Shown here one piece after another: positions 49,313 to 58,972 of a stretch of DNA of 64,000 bases. A model generated the notes under the pieces. The model searched no databases. It saw only the letters and a list, made by a program, of their open reading frames with translations, and was not told the origin of the DNA. Positions within the stretch are counted from its first letter, which is position 1. Every line of letters starts with the position of its first letter. The DNA is from Abditibacteriaceae bacterium (lineage in GTDB: Bacteria; Armatimonadota; Abditibacteriia; Abditibacteriales; Abditibacteriaceae), in the NCBI GenBank assembly GCA_965277285.1, contig OZ255721.1, forward strand, positions 64,001 through 128,000. The letters are read 5' to 3'. A program made the position numbers and the translations under genes.

Positions 49313-50029
49313 ATGAACGATAATTCTCCTCATTACAACGAAAAAATGCTGGACGCCAAAGCCAAACTGCTCGAGCGTTTCAAGCGCGAAGACGAAAACG
49401 GACATTTTCAGCCGACGACTTTGAAAACAACGCCACAGGAACGAGCGGCGCGACGTATTCCGCAAGGTCAACACGAAAGCAAAGGTTTTCCGATTTTAGA
49501 TTTGGGCGTGCGTCCGGCTTTCAATCCCGCGACATGGCGTTTCAAAGTCTGGGGCGAAGTCGAAACCCCAATCGAACTTTCGTGGGACGATTGGAAACAA
49601 TTGCCGCGCGTCCGTCAGACGACCGATTTTCATTGCGTCACGACGTGGAGCAAGCTGGACGTGCAATGGGGCGGCGTGCGTTTTTCCGATCTGGCGGCGC
49701 TCGTGATGCCGACGCAAAAGGCGAAGTTCGTGATTCAACATGGCGCCGAAGGTTACACGACGAACACGCCGCTGGAAGAATTGATGGACAACGACGTTTT
49801 GCTGGCCGATGAATTCGTCCTGAACTTGAACGGCAAAGATAACGGTTGGCAACCGATTCCGACCGAGCGTGGCGGCCCTTTGCGCACGGTTGTTCCCAAA
49901 CTTTACGCGTGGAAAGGCTCCAAGTTTCTGGTTGGTCTGCGTTTCCAGGAGCGCGATGAACCAGGTTTCTGGGAAATGCGCGGCTATCACAATCATGCCG
50001 ACCCGTGGCGCAACGAACGATTCGGTTGA
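49313..50029 (+). CDS. Sulfite oxidase-like molybdopterin-binding oxidoreductase
   Basis: DFHCVTTWS, W.GV, YTTN.P, GGPLR.VVP.LYAWK..K, GFWE.RGYH. Confidence 0.85.
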   Translation: MNDNSPHYNEKMLDAKAKLLERFKREDENGHFQPTTLKTTPQERAARRIPQGQHESKGFPILDLGVRPAFNPATWRFKVWGEVETPIELSWDDWKQLPRVRQTTDFHCVTTWSKLDVQWGGVRFSDLAALVMPTQKAKFVIQHGAEGYTTNTPLEELMDNDVLLADEFVLNLNGKDNGWQPIPTERGGPLRTVVPKLYAWKGSKFLVGLRFQERDEPGFWEMRGYHNHADPWRNERFG

Positions 50030-50042
50030 GAGGTTTTGCATC

Positions 50043-50073
50043 TAACGAGTACTCGAACTTCGAGTACTCGTTA
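50043..50073. repeat. Doublet of the iterated motif forming a 31-bp inverted repeat
   Basis: TAACGAGTACTCGAA-C-TTCGAGTACTCGTTA. Confidence 0.93.
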
Positions 50074-50191
50074 TTGTTTTGGATGTCAAATTTTGACGCA
50101 TTGGGATAAACGGGCTAAAATGGAACGTCATACCGCCGACGCTATTTATAAACGCCATTGAAATTGTTCACGGCAGCAAGGGAGACGCAGG

Positions 50192-51799
50192 ATGTCCGAG
50201 ACGCAAACGCCCGCTTCGCAGGAATCGCAATCAGGAAAGGAACGCACGAAAAGCCGCGTGCAGATGTCGAAAACCCCTTTCCCGCCGCTGACGATGCCTT
50301 TGGGTTACGAAGAAATCTGTCAGATTTTGCCGCATCGCTATCCATTTCTGCTGGTCGATAAAATCATCGAATTGGAGCCGGGCGTGCGTTGCGTCGGCAT
50401 CAAAAACGTGACCGCCAACGAAGAATTTTTTCTGGGACATTTTCCTGGTCACCCTGTGATGCCAGGCGTTCTCATTTTGGAAGCGATGGCGCAAATCGCG
50501 GGCATTTTGACTCTCGTTTCACGCAATACGCCGGGCGCGCTTTCTTATTTTGCCAAAATCGAACAGGCACGTTTTCATCGTCCCGTGCGACCCGGCGATC
50601 AACTCGTCACCGAAGCGACGCTTCAAGTGTTGCGTGGCCCGCTTTGCAAAGCCGTCGTCGTCGGGCGCGTCGATGGCGAAGTCGTAGTTGAAGGCGAGTA
50701 CACGTTTTTTACTGGCCCGGACAGCGCTGCCGCCTCTATCGTTTCTGCGCAAAACGCCAACCTTTCCGCGATGGCGCACAACGCCGCGCTGATGAACTCT
50801 TCCAGCAATGTCATCGCAAGCAGCGCAGCGACAAATGGCAACGCGAACGGCAGCGATGCGAACCTAAATAGCGCGAACGTTAGTAGCGCGAACGGCGCCC
50901 ATCGAGTACTCGAATCCGTGCAGGAAACCGTACCGAACTCGGCATCGCAGAAAAGCGCGAGCAGCGAAGTTGTCAGCGTGGTTGCGCCGCGCGAAAGCAC
51001 TGGCCAAACCTTTATTCACCCGACGGCGATTGTCGATTCCAATGCGAAAATCGGGAATGGCGTGTGGATCGGGCCGCATTGCATCATCGAAGGCGATACG
51101 CAAATCGGCGACAACACGGTTTTGGAATCGAATGTTCTGGTCAAATCGGGTACCAGCGTCGGTCAGCGTTGCCGCATCTGGCCAAACGTGATTTTGGGAC
51201 ACGAGCCGCAGGACATGAAATATCGCGGCGAACGAAGTTTTCTGCGCATCGGCGACGACAACATCCTGCGCGAAATGGTGACGATTCATCGCGGAACCGG
51301 CGAAGGTACCGCGACTGTTATCGGTAATCGCAATATGCTGATGGCGTATGTTCACATCGGCCACAATTGCAGCATCGGCGACAACAACATGATTTCCAAT
51401 TCGACCGGCTTTTCCGGCCACGTCACGATTGAAGACAACGTTGTAATTGGCGGTTTCGTCGGCGTGCATCAGTTTGTTCACATCGGCAAAATGGCGATGG
51501 TTGGAGGTTTGTCCAAAGTCGTGCAAGACGTGCCGCCATTTTGTACGTGCGATGGTCGTCCGGCCAAAGTTCACGGCCTGAACACGCGGGGCCTGCGTCG
51601 TAACGGCGTTTCGGTCGAGCAGCGAATGCAAGTCGGCAACGCCTTCAAATTGTTGTATCGCTCGAACTTGAACACCTCGCAAGCTTTGGCGCAAATTGAA
51701 GCCGAAGTCCCCAAAAGCCCAACGCTGGATTATTTTGTCGAATTTATTGAACGCGTCCGCGAAGGCCGCCTGGGTCGCCAAGACGAAAACGCGCTGTAA
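50192..51799 (+). CDS. fabZ-lpxA: FabZ-LpxA fusion: 3-hydroxyacyl-ACP dehydratase plus UDP-GlcNAc O-acyltransferase
   Basis: N-half LPHRYPFLLVD, GHFPGHPVMPGVLILEAMAQ, VRPGD; Ala/Asn/Ser linker; C-half IHPTAIV hexapeptide repeats, PQDMKY.GE, RE.VTIHRGT, HIGHNC, VHQF, QDVPP, GLN..GLRR. Confidence 0.9.
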   Translation: MSETQTPASQESQSGKERTKSRVQMSKTPFPPLTMPLGYEEICQILPHRYPFLLVDKIIELEPGVRCVGIKNVTANEEFFLGHFPGHPVMPGVLILEAMAQIAGILTLVSRNTPGALSYFAKIEQARFHRPVRPGDQLVTEATLQVLRGPLCKAVVVGRVDGEVVVEGEYTFFTGPDSAAASIVSAQNANLSAMAHNAALMNSSSNVIASSAATNGNANGSDANLNSANVSSANGAHRVLESVQETVPNSASQKSASSEVVSVVAPRESTGQTFIHPTAIVDSNAKIGNGVWIGPHCIIEGDTQIGDNTVLESNVLVKSGTSVGQRCRIWPNVILGHEPQDMKYRGERSFLRIGDDNILREMVTIHRGTGEGTATVIGNRNMLMAYVHIGHNCSIGDNNMISNSTGFSGHVTIEDNVVIGGFVGVHQFVHIGKMAMVGGLSKVVQDVPPFCTCDGRPAKVHGLNTRGLRRNGVSVEQRMQVGNAFKLLYRSNLNTSQALAQIEAEVPKSPTLDYFVEFIERVREGRLGRQDENAL

Positions 51800-51804
51800 C
51801 CAAC

Positions 51805-51886
51805 GAACCCAGAGCGCGAGCGACGGGTGAAAAGTGATAGTTCGGTCTGCCTATCACTTTTCACCCGTCGCTCACGCTCTGGGTTC
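51805..51886. repeat. AACGAACCC-family hairpin with 36-bp arms
   Basis: gaacccagagcgcgagcgacgggtgaaaagtgatag / ctatcacttttcacccgtcgctcacgctctgggttc (one mismatch). Confidence 0.88.
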
Positions 51887-51903
51887 TTCCTTTCGAGTAC
51901 TCG

Positions 51904-53115
51904 ATTATCAATTTTCCAACGCAAAATCCTCAGAAAATCCTTTTTATCGCTGGCGATCTATCGGGCGACCGGCATTTGGCGCGCGTGATGAAAGAAATCT
52001 CACGGCGTCAACCTGCCTGGAAATTGTTTGGCGTTGGTGGCACGGAAATGCAAGATGTCAGCGCAACAATGCTCGGTGATTCGCGTGATTGTGGCGTAAT
52101 TGGCGTCGGTCCGGCGTTGATGCTGGTGCCGCGATTGTTGCAATTGCATCGGCGCGTTATTGATTGGTGTCGCAGAGAAACGCCGCAACTCGTCGTGTTG
52201 TGCGATTGGGGCGCTTTCAATGCGCGCTTGCTGCAACCGTTGCGCGACCTGAATATTCCCGTTCTCTACTATTTTCCGCCGGGTTCGTGGCAGAAAAAAG
52301 GCGCGCGCGGTTTAACAATCGTGCCTTTTGTCACACGCGTGGCAACGCCATTTCCGTGGTCGGCAGAACGCTTGACCAAAGCCGGAGCAAACGCCGAGTG
52401 GGTCGGCCATCCGATTTTGGAAACCGTGCATTCGTTGGGCGAGAACAGTGCAGAACGCGAACAATTGCGGCGCGAGTTCGGCGTGCAGAAAAACGAAAAA
52501 CTGGTGGTTTTGATGCCCGGTTCGCGCGCTTTGGAATTGCGTTTCATCGCGCCGCATCTGGCGCAAACCGCTACACTGTTGCAGCGCGATTCATTGCAGC
52601 ACCATTCGAGTACTCGATCAACTATTCGCTGCATCGTCGCGGTTCCCAAAGGAAGTGTCGCGCGCGTGCGTCGCTATTTCGCCGAAGATGTGGCCATTAT
52701 CGAAGGTCGTGCGCCCGAACTTTTGATGGCGTGTGATGCGGCGATTGTCAAAAGCGGGACTTCGACCTTGGAAGCGGCTGTCGCGGATGCGCCGCAAGTG
52801 GTGGTTTACGACGCGCCCGCGATTTTGCAATGGCAATGGCGCTTGATGGGCGGCAGCAAAAAAATCCCGTTTGTCGCCATGCCCAACATCATCGCCGAAC
52901 GCGAAATCGTGCGCGAATTGTTGGGGCCAAATTGCCGTCCGCGCGCGATTGTCCAAGCGTTGGAATTGTTATTAAATGACGAAGCAACACGGCAGAAAAT
53001 GCGCGAAAATTATGCAGAAGTGCGGCGCGTTCTGGGCAGCGAATTGAAAACGAACGCGACGACGAGAACTGCAGAAATCATCGAAGAAATGGTATCTCAA
53101 GCGCAAATAATGTAG
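51904..53115 (+). CDS. lpxB: Lipid-A-disaccharide synthase (start codon unclear, probably non-canonical)
   Basis: In-frame ILFIAGDLSGD motif upstream of the first TTG (51976); FGVGG..M, VGHP, MPGSR..E, KSGTSTLE, MPNII...IV.EL. Confidence 0.88.
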   Translation: MINFPTQNPQKILFIAGDLSGDRHLARVMKEISRRQPAWKLFGVGGTEMQDVSATMLGDSRDCGVIGVGPALMLVPRLLQLHRRVIDWCRRETPQLVVLCDWGAFNARLLQPLRDLNIPVLYYFPPGSWQKKGARGLTIVPFVTRVATPFPWSAERLTKAGANAEWVGHPILETVHSLGENSAEREQLRREFGVQKNEKLVVLMPGSRALELRFIAPHLAQTATLLQRDSLQHHSSTRSTIRCIVAVPKGSVARVRRYFAEDVAIIEGRAPELLMACDAAIVKSGTSTLEAAVADAPQVVVYDAPAILQWQWRLMGGSKKIPFVAMPNIIAEREIVRELLGPNCRPRAIVQALELLLNDEATRQKMRENYAEVRRVLGSELKTNATTRTAEIIEEMVSQAQIM

Positions 53116-53197
53116 GGGCAAAGTATGCTTCGCCCGTGTCAATAGCCCGATTTGTCCGCCCGCGACGAGCATCGCGTCAGCAATTTTCACAACTTCT

Positions 53198-55033
53198 ATG
53201 ACTAATCTCAAGCGACTGATTCCTTACGCGATGCCGTTTCGCCGGCAAATCATTGGCGCTGCGTTGTGCACCATTTTTTCGGGCATATTGAGCGGCGCGT
53301 TTATGGGCGCGGCGTTCAAGCTGCTGAACGCGATGTTGAACGCGAACGTGCCGGATCGCCTGCACAACCTGAACTTTTTCACGCTGGTTTTCCTGATTGT
53401 GGTCTTTGTTATCGCCGTCACCGATTACGGTCAAACGTATTTGACGCAGAAAATTGGGCAGCGCGTTTTGATGCGATTGCGCGCCGATTTATTCGCGCAT
53501 TTTCAAGCGCTTTCGATGAGTTTTTTCGAGAAGCGGCGGACGGGCGAATTGATGAGCCGCCTGACCAACGACTTGGGCGCTTTGCAAGGCGTGATCATGA
53601 TGGCGGTGGCAACGGCTCTCAAAGCACCTGTTGCGGGCACCATCGCCATTGGCACGATGTTTTATTTTAACTGGCGTCTGTCCCTTTTAACGATAGTTTT
53701 TCTGCCGCCGATTGCGCTTCTCATCAATCGAACGGGGCGGCAAATGCGTGCTGCCAGCGGCCAGTTGCAACGCCAGATTGCCGAATTGAACAATTATCTT
53801 CAGGAAAAATTGGGCGCCATGCGCTTGATTCAAACCTTTGGCACGGGCGGTCAGGAAATCGCCAACTTTCAGCAGGTCAACGACGAATGTTTCCGGCGCA
53901 CCATGAAGCCGGTGCGCATTCAGGCGGCGTTGGGGCCAACTGTGGAATTTATTGGCATGGTCGGCGTGACGCTGGGCATCTGGTATGGCGCGCGTGATGT
54001 CGTCGCGGGACGCATGAACGCGGCGGGCATGCTGGTTTTTATCTATGCGATTCGCTCCGCCGCGACGAACTTTCGCCAACTGGCCGGATTAAACGCGATG
54101 TTTCGCGGCGCCGAAGCCTCCGCCGAACGCTTATTCGATATTCTTGATACGCAGCCCGAAGTGCGCGATACGCCAAATGCCATTGATTTGAGTACTCGAA
54201 ACGTCACGGGACATTTGCGCTTCGAGGACGTACATTTCGCCTACAACGATGACCGCGAAGTGTTGCGCGGCATTTCGTTTGAAATCGCACCCGGCGAAGT
54301 GGTTGCGCTGGCGGGACTTTCGGGTTCGGGGAAAACCACGATTTCCAACCTCGTGCCGCGCTTGTACGATCCGACGCAAGGCCGCGTTCTGCTTGATGGA
54401 TTGGATTTGCGCGATGTTTCGCTGCTGTCTTTGCGTGCTCACATCGGCGCTGTGCCGCAGGAAACGACGCTTTTTCACGGCACGATCCGCGACAACATCG
54501 CGTATGGCCGACCGAACGCGACAACCGAAGAAATCGTGCAAGCCGCGCGCCGCGCCAACGCCGACGACTTTATTCGCGCTCAATCGCACGGCTACGACAC
54601 GTCGATGGGCGAACGCGGCACCACGCTTTCCGGCGGACAACGTCAACGTATCGCCATCGCGCGTGCGCTTTTACGTGATCCGAAGATTTTGATTTTAGAT
54701 GAAGCGACCAGTTCGTTGGATGCCGAAAGCGAATCTTTGGTGCAGGACGCGCTGAACACCTTGATGCAAGGCCGCACAACCTTGATTATCGCGCACCGTT
54801 TCTCGACGATTCGCAACGCCAATCGTATTTTAGTACTCGATAGCGGCGAAATTGTGGAAACCGGCACGCACGACGAACTGCTGGCGCGCAGCGGCATTTA
54901 TTCGCGGCTTTATCAGATGCAAACGTTCACCAGCCGCGTCGAACAAAACACCAAAAACGAAGACGCGAACGAAGAAACGCCGTTTGTCGAACCAGAGATT
55001 TTTCCGACTGGCAAGCGCTCGCGTTTGGCTTAA
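53198..55033 (+). CDS. msbA: Lipid A export ABC transporter (MsbA-like)
   Basis: Fused TMD and NBD; GLSGSGKT, LSGGQRQR, ILDEATSSLD, IAHR; lipid A operon context. Confidence 0.85.
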   Translation: MTNLKRLIPYAMPFRRQIIGAALCTIFSGILSGAFMGAAFKLLNAMLNANVPDRLHNLNFFTLVFLIVVFVIAVTDYGQTYLTQKIGQRVLMRLRADLFAHFQALSMSFFEKRRTGELMSRLTNDLGALQGVIMMAVATALKAPVAGTIAIGTMFYFNWRLSLLTIVFLPPIALLINRTGRQMRAASGQLQRQIAELNNYLQEKLGAMRLIQTFGTGGQEIANFQQVNDECFRRTMKPVRIQAALGPTVEFIGMVGVTLGIWYGARDVVAGRMNAAGMLVFIYAIRSAATNFRQLAGLNAMFRGAEASAERLFDILDTQPEVRDTPNAIDLSTRNVTGHLRFEDVHFAYNDDREVLRGISFEIAPGEVVALAGLSGSGKTTISNLVPRLYDPTQGRVLLDGLDLRDVSLLSLRAHIGAVPQETTLFHGTIRDNIAYGRPNATTEEIVQAARRANADDFIRAQSHGYDTSMGERGTTLSGGQRQRIAIARALLRDPKILILDEATSSLDAESESLVQDALNTLMQGRTTLIIAHRFSTIRNANRILVLDSGEIVETGTHDELLARSGIYSRLYQMQTFTSRVEQNTKNEDANEETPFVEPEIFPTGKRSRLA

Positions 55034-55051
55034 TTCTTGGTTTGATGGCAA

Positions 55052-56710
55052 GTGAGTGAATTTGCCGCCAGAAAAAGCGTCGGCCTGCACCGACGCCGCG
55101 CAAGGGACGTGTGGCAACGAAGGTTGATTCGTCCGCTCGATTACTTACGAAGCAGGTGGCGGCACCGGTTCTCTGGCGGCGAATTCACTCGCTCGTTCAG
55201 TTCGCTGGCGATTGGAGCTTTGATTTTGGCGCTTTCCAAACCTTTGCGCGAAACGCGCCGCGCTCGTCTCAATTACCGCTTGTGGAACACCTTGCTGGTG
55301 CCGTTTGTGCCCGCGCTGGGCGCTTACACTTTGTGGCGACGCTACGGGCAAAAGAAATCGACGGCGTCCTTGCGCGGCCAATGGGGAAAAGTGCCCGATG
55401 AAGTCGTTCAAGTTCTGCGCACTCACGAATCGAGTACTCGAATCTGGATTCATGCGGTTTCGGTCGGCGAAACTTTGGCAGCACGGCCTGTTGCACGCGC
55501 GCTGAAAAAGGCAATTCCCGATTGCATTCTCGTGCTTTCTACCACGACCGATACCGGACAAGATGCCGCGCGCGTTGCGCAAAAAGCGGGCGAAGTGGAC
55601 GCGGTTTTTTACTTTCCTCTCGATTTGCCGTTTCCCATCTGGCGCGCCTTGACGACGATTCGCCCGCACGTTTTTCTGTCGATGGAAACCGAATTGTGGC
55701 CGAACTTTCTGCATCTGGCAAAGCGATTTGGCGCGCGAACCTTTCTGGTGAACGGGCGCGTTTCCGATAATTTGCTGCATCGCGCACCGAAAATGGGCGC
55801 TTTGTGGCGCTGGATGATTGGCAATCTCGACGGTTTTTTGATGCGCAGCGAAAGCGATGCGGCGCGTATCAAAAGTTTGGGCGCGCCCTCTTCGCGCGTT
55901 TGTGTAACGGGCGATGTAAAATTGGACGCGCTGAACACGGTTGAAAACATCGGCGAATTACGCGCGCATTGGCGTCGAGTACTCGAAATCGCCGACGATG
56001 CGCCGTTCTTGGTTGCCGGTTCCACGCACGACGGCGAAGACGAACCAATCTTGGTGGCTTTTCAACAAGTGCGCGCCCAATTTCCCGATGCGCGTTTGCT
56101 GATCGCGCCACGCCACTTGGAACGTGTGGGCGAAGTCGCGCAAACGATTCGTGCAGCGAACTTCGAGGTCGTTTTGCGCAGCGAAATTGGTGCGTTGAAC
56201 GAAACCCAAGCGCCAAATGACGGCGGTTCGTCGAGCACGAAAACGAACGTTTCTGACAGCGCGAAGGAAAATGTGAACGCGCAAGTAAATGCAGACATGA
56301 GTGAAAATCCCATCGCGGACGCGAAGAGCGCAGTTTTGTTGCTTGATACGATCGGTGAATTGTCGCAGATTTACGCGGCGGCGGATGCTACTTTTGTTGG
56401 CGGCAGCTTGATTCGTCGCGGCGGGCACAACGTTTTGGAGCCGGTTCTATGCGGCGTTCCGGTGGCTTTCGGGCCATATATCGCCAACTTCCGCGAAGCT
56501 GTCGCGCTCGCGGAAGCCGCGGATGTCGGGAAATTAGTGAACAACGAGCATGAATTGGCCGAGGTTTGGACGCGCTGGCTTCGTGATGAAGATTGGCACG
56601 CCGGTGTCACTTCTCGTGCGGAAGAAACATTGCGCGAACATCGTGGCGCTTCGCATCGCGTCGCAGAAATCATCGCGCAAGCGTTGGCGGCGTCTGAAGC
56701 TGTCGCCTGA
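55052..56710 (+). CDS. waaA: Kdo transferase
   Basis: IWIHAVSVGE, TT.TG, FPLD, ETELWPN, NGRVS, AGSTH.GE, APRHLER, DTIGEL, FVGGSL...GGHNVLEP; start uncertain. Confidence 0.93.
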   Translation: MSEFAARKSVGLHRRRARDVWQRRLIRPLDYLRSRWRHRFSGGEFTRSFSSLAIGALILALSKPLRETRRARLNYRLWNTLLVPFVPALGAYTLWRRYGQKKSTASLRGQWGKVPDEVVQVLRTHESSTRIWIHAVSVGETLAARPVARALKKAIPDCILVLSTTTDTGQDAARVAQKAGEVDAVFYFPLDLPFPIWRALTTIRPHVFLSMETELWPNFLHLAKRFGARTFLVNGRVSDNLLHRAPKMGALWRWMIGNLDGFLMRSESDAARIKSLGAPSSRVCVTGDVKLDALNTVENIGELRAHWRRVLEIADDAPFLVAGSTHDGEDEPILVAFQQVRAQFPDARLLIAPRHLERVGEVAQTIRAANFEVVLRSEIGALNETQAPNDGGSSSTKTNVSDSAKENVNAQVNADMSENPIADAKSAVLLLDTIGELSQIYAAADATFVGGSLIRRGGHNVLEPVLCGVPVAFGPYIANFREAVALAEAADVGKLVNNEHELAEVWTRWLRDEDWHAGVTSRAEETLREHRGASHRVAEIIAQALAASEAVA

Positions 56711-56749
56711 ATTCGAGTACTCGAAGTTGTTCATCAGGCTTCCTGTATC

Positions 56750-56830
56750 GTTGAACGAACCCCAAGCGTAAGCGCGGGGCTGAAGTAACAAATACGTCAG
56801 CCCCGCGCTTACGCTTGGGGTTTGTTCAAC
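56750..56830. repeat. AACGAACCC-family hairpin
   Basis: gttgaacgaaccccaagcgtaagcgcggggctga ... tcagccccgcgcttacgcttggggtttgttcaac. Confidence 0.88.
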
Positions 56831-56933
56831 GCTTCGTCACTTTGTAATCTCACGCGACAGACTTTTGGGAATGCGCTTGAAGAGAATGACAAAGAGGTGT
56901 GAAGATCGGCAAATTCTATGAAAAGGTATTGGG

Positions 56934-57956
56934 ATGATGCGCGCGGACGAAGCAATTTACCGGTTTTTCCTGGAGCGCCGTCGCGCGAAATTCACTGCTG
57001 AACCCGTTCGTATCAACGATTGCTTTGTCGTTTCGGTTGGCAACATTACGAGCGGCGGAACCGGCAAAACGCCGATGGTTCAACTGATCGCGCGTGGTTT
57101 GCAAAATCGCGGAAAACGTGTCGCAGTTGTGGCGCGCGGTCATGGCGGCACGTTGTCGAAGCAGGGCGCGCTTGTGTCGGACGGGAAAAAAAGGTTTTGC
57201 AGCGCGCAGGAAGCGGGCGATGAAGCCCTTTTGCACGCGCGTTCGCTGCCGGAAATTGGCGTTGTCATCGGGCTGGATCGCGTGGCTGCGTGTCGTCGCG
57301 CGGTTGCAGAATTCGGTTGCGACGTGATTGTTTTGGATGACGGTTTTCAGTTTTGGGGTTTAGCGCGCGATCTGGACATCGTTCTGCTGGATGCGCGGCG
57401 ACCTTTCGGGAATGGTCATCTGTTGCCGCGCGGACGCTTGCGTGAACCTTTGGAAGAACTGAGGCGCGCCGATATTTTTGTCTTGACGCGCTGCGATTTG
57501 GCGCCCAAAAGGCAACTGGCTCAAAATCGAGTACTCGTTTCCAAGTACGGGCGCGCGCCACTTTTTCAGTCGAATCATGTCGCGGTTGGCTTGCGCAACG
57601 AGGCGAGCGGCGAAGTTTCACGGCTGGAAACATTGCGCGGCGTGTCGGTCGGCGCATTGTCGGCGATTGCCGATAACGAAGGATTTCGTCGTTCGTTGAA
57701 GAAGAACGGCGCGCGTGTGGTGGCGGCGCTCGGGGCTTTCGATCATCATCGTTGGCGCGAAAACGAAGTGCGCGATTTCGTGCGGCGCGCCAGTCAAAGC
57801 GATGCGAAGTTTCTTCTGACGACCGAGAAAGATGCCGTTAAACTGCGCCCCGAATGGTGCGCGCCGCTGTCCTTGCGCAGCCTGCAAATCGAAATCGAAA
57901 TCGCCGAAGAAGATAAACTCTGGTCGCAAATCGACGATGTTTTACGCCGTCAATAA
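56934..57956 (+). CDS. lpxK: Tetraacyldisaccharide 4'-kinase
   Basis: VSVGNITSGGTGKTP, GDE, LDDGFQ, LLP.G.LREP, DHH, TTEKDAVK. Confidence 0.94.
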   Translation: MMRADEAIYRFFLERRRAKFTAEPVRINDCFVVSVGNITSGGTGKTPMVQLIARGLQNRGKRVAVVARGHGGTLSKQGALVSDGKKRFCSAQEAGDEALLHARSLPEIGVVIGLDRVAACRRAVAEFGCDVIVLDDGFQFWGLARDLDIVLLDARRPFGNGHLLPRGRLREPLEELRRADIFVLTRCDLAPKRQLAQNRVLVSKYGRAPLFQSNHVAVGLRNEASGEVSRLETLRGVSVGALSAIADNEGFRRSLKKNGARVVAALGAFDHHRWRENEVRDFVRRASQSDAKFLLTTEKDAVKLRPEWCAPLSLRSLQIEIEIAEEDKLWSQIDDVLRRQ

Positions 57957-57991
57957 ACTGAGAAACGCCGTATCGAGTACTCGAAAACCTA

Positions 57992-58972
57992 ATGAATAAA
58001 AGTTTAATGAAGCACCGCGAAGTGCTGGAAACGCGCGCCATGCAAAGCGTCGCCGGCGCGATGGAACGCGCGTCATGGGACGCGTGCCGCCGCACTGGAG
58101 CGTGGATGGGATTGCTGTTGTTTTCGACGTTTCGCGCGCGCCGCGCCGTTGGAATACGCAATGTGCAACTCGCGTTTCCCGACTTGAGCGACTCGCAGGC
58201 GCGCCGCATCGTGCGCCGCTCCTACCAGAACTTTGCGATGATGTTTTGCGAGTTTTTGCACTTGCGCGTCGCCACGCCCGAGCAAGTTCGCGCTTATTGC
58301 GATTTGCAAGGCTTTGACATTATGACGCAGGCGCGCGAACAAGGGCGCGGCGCGATGATGCTAACGGCGCACATCGGCAACTGGGAAGTACTGGCCGCGC
58401 GCGTCGCTCAGGAAGTGCCAGTGACGGCGGTTGCGCGACCGACCTCCAACGCGGGTGTGGAAAGCCATATCGCGTCGATTCGCGCTGCTGTGGGCATCAA
58501 AGTGCTCTTGAAAAACGAAGCCGGACGCAGCGCGGTGCGCGCCCTCAAGCAAGGCGATACAGTCATTATTTTGCCCGATCAATACGCGTGGCCCGATGGC
58601 GCGCTTTTGCCGATGTTCGGTCATCCGACACGCGTTGTCACTTCATTGGCGCGTATTGCTCTGCTGACCGGCGCGCCGATTGTGCCGCTGTTTGGCGTTC
58701 GTCGCACGCCCTGGCTCGCCGACGGACGCATCATCGGACGCACTTCTCCATCGTTTGAATTGCAGAAAACGGGTGACCGCGAAAGCGACATTTTGGACGG
58801 TACGCGCCGCGTCATCGACGAAATCGAAAACGTGGTGCGCCATTATCCCGAACAATGGCTGTGGGTTCACAAACGCTGGCGCGACCGCGATTTGCAGCCA
58901 AATTCCGCAGCGTCTTCAACCGCGGACGAGCAGGCGAACGACCAAGTCGATGCTGAGGCGCGCCATGAATGA
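57992..58972 (+). CDS. lpxL: Lipid A late acyltransferase (LpxL/HtrB family)
   Basis: N..LAFP, AHIGNWE, LPDQ, PEQWLW.HKRW. Confidence 0.85.
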   Translation: MNKSLMKHREVLETRAMQSVAGAMERASWDACRRTGAWMGLLLFSTFRARRAVGIRNVQLAFPDLSDSQARRIVRRSYQNFAMMFCEFLHLRVATPEQVRAYCDLQGFDIMTQAREQGRGAMMLTAHIGNWEVLAARVAQEVPVTAVARPTSNAGVESHIASIRAAVGIKVLLKNEAGRSAVRALKQGDTVIILPDQYAWPDGALLPMFGHPTRVVTSLARIALLTGAPIVPLFGVRRTPWLADGRIIGRTSPSFELQKTGDRESDILDGTRRVIDEIENVVRHYPEQWLWVHKRWRDRDLQPNSAASSTADEQANDQVDAEARHE

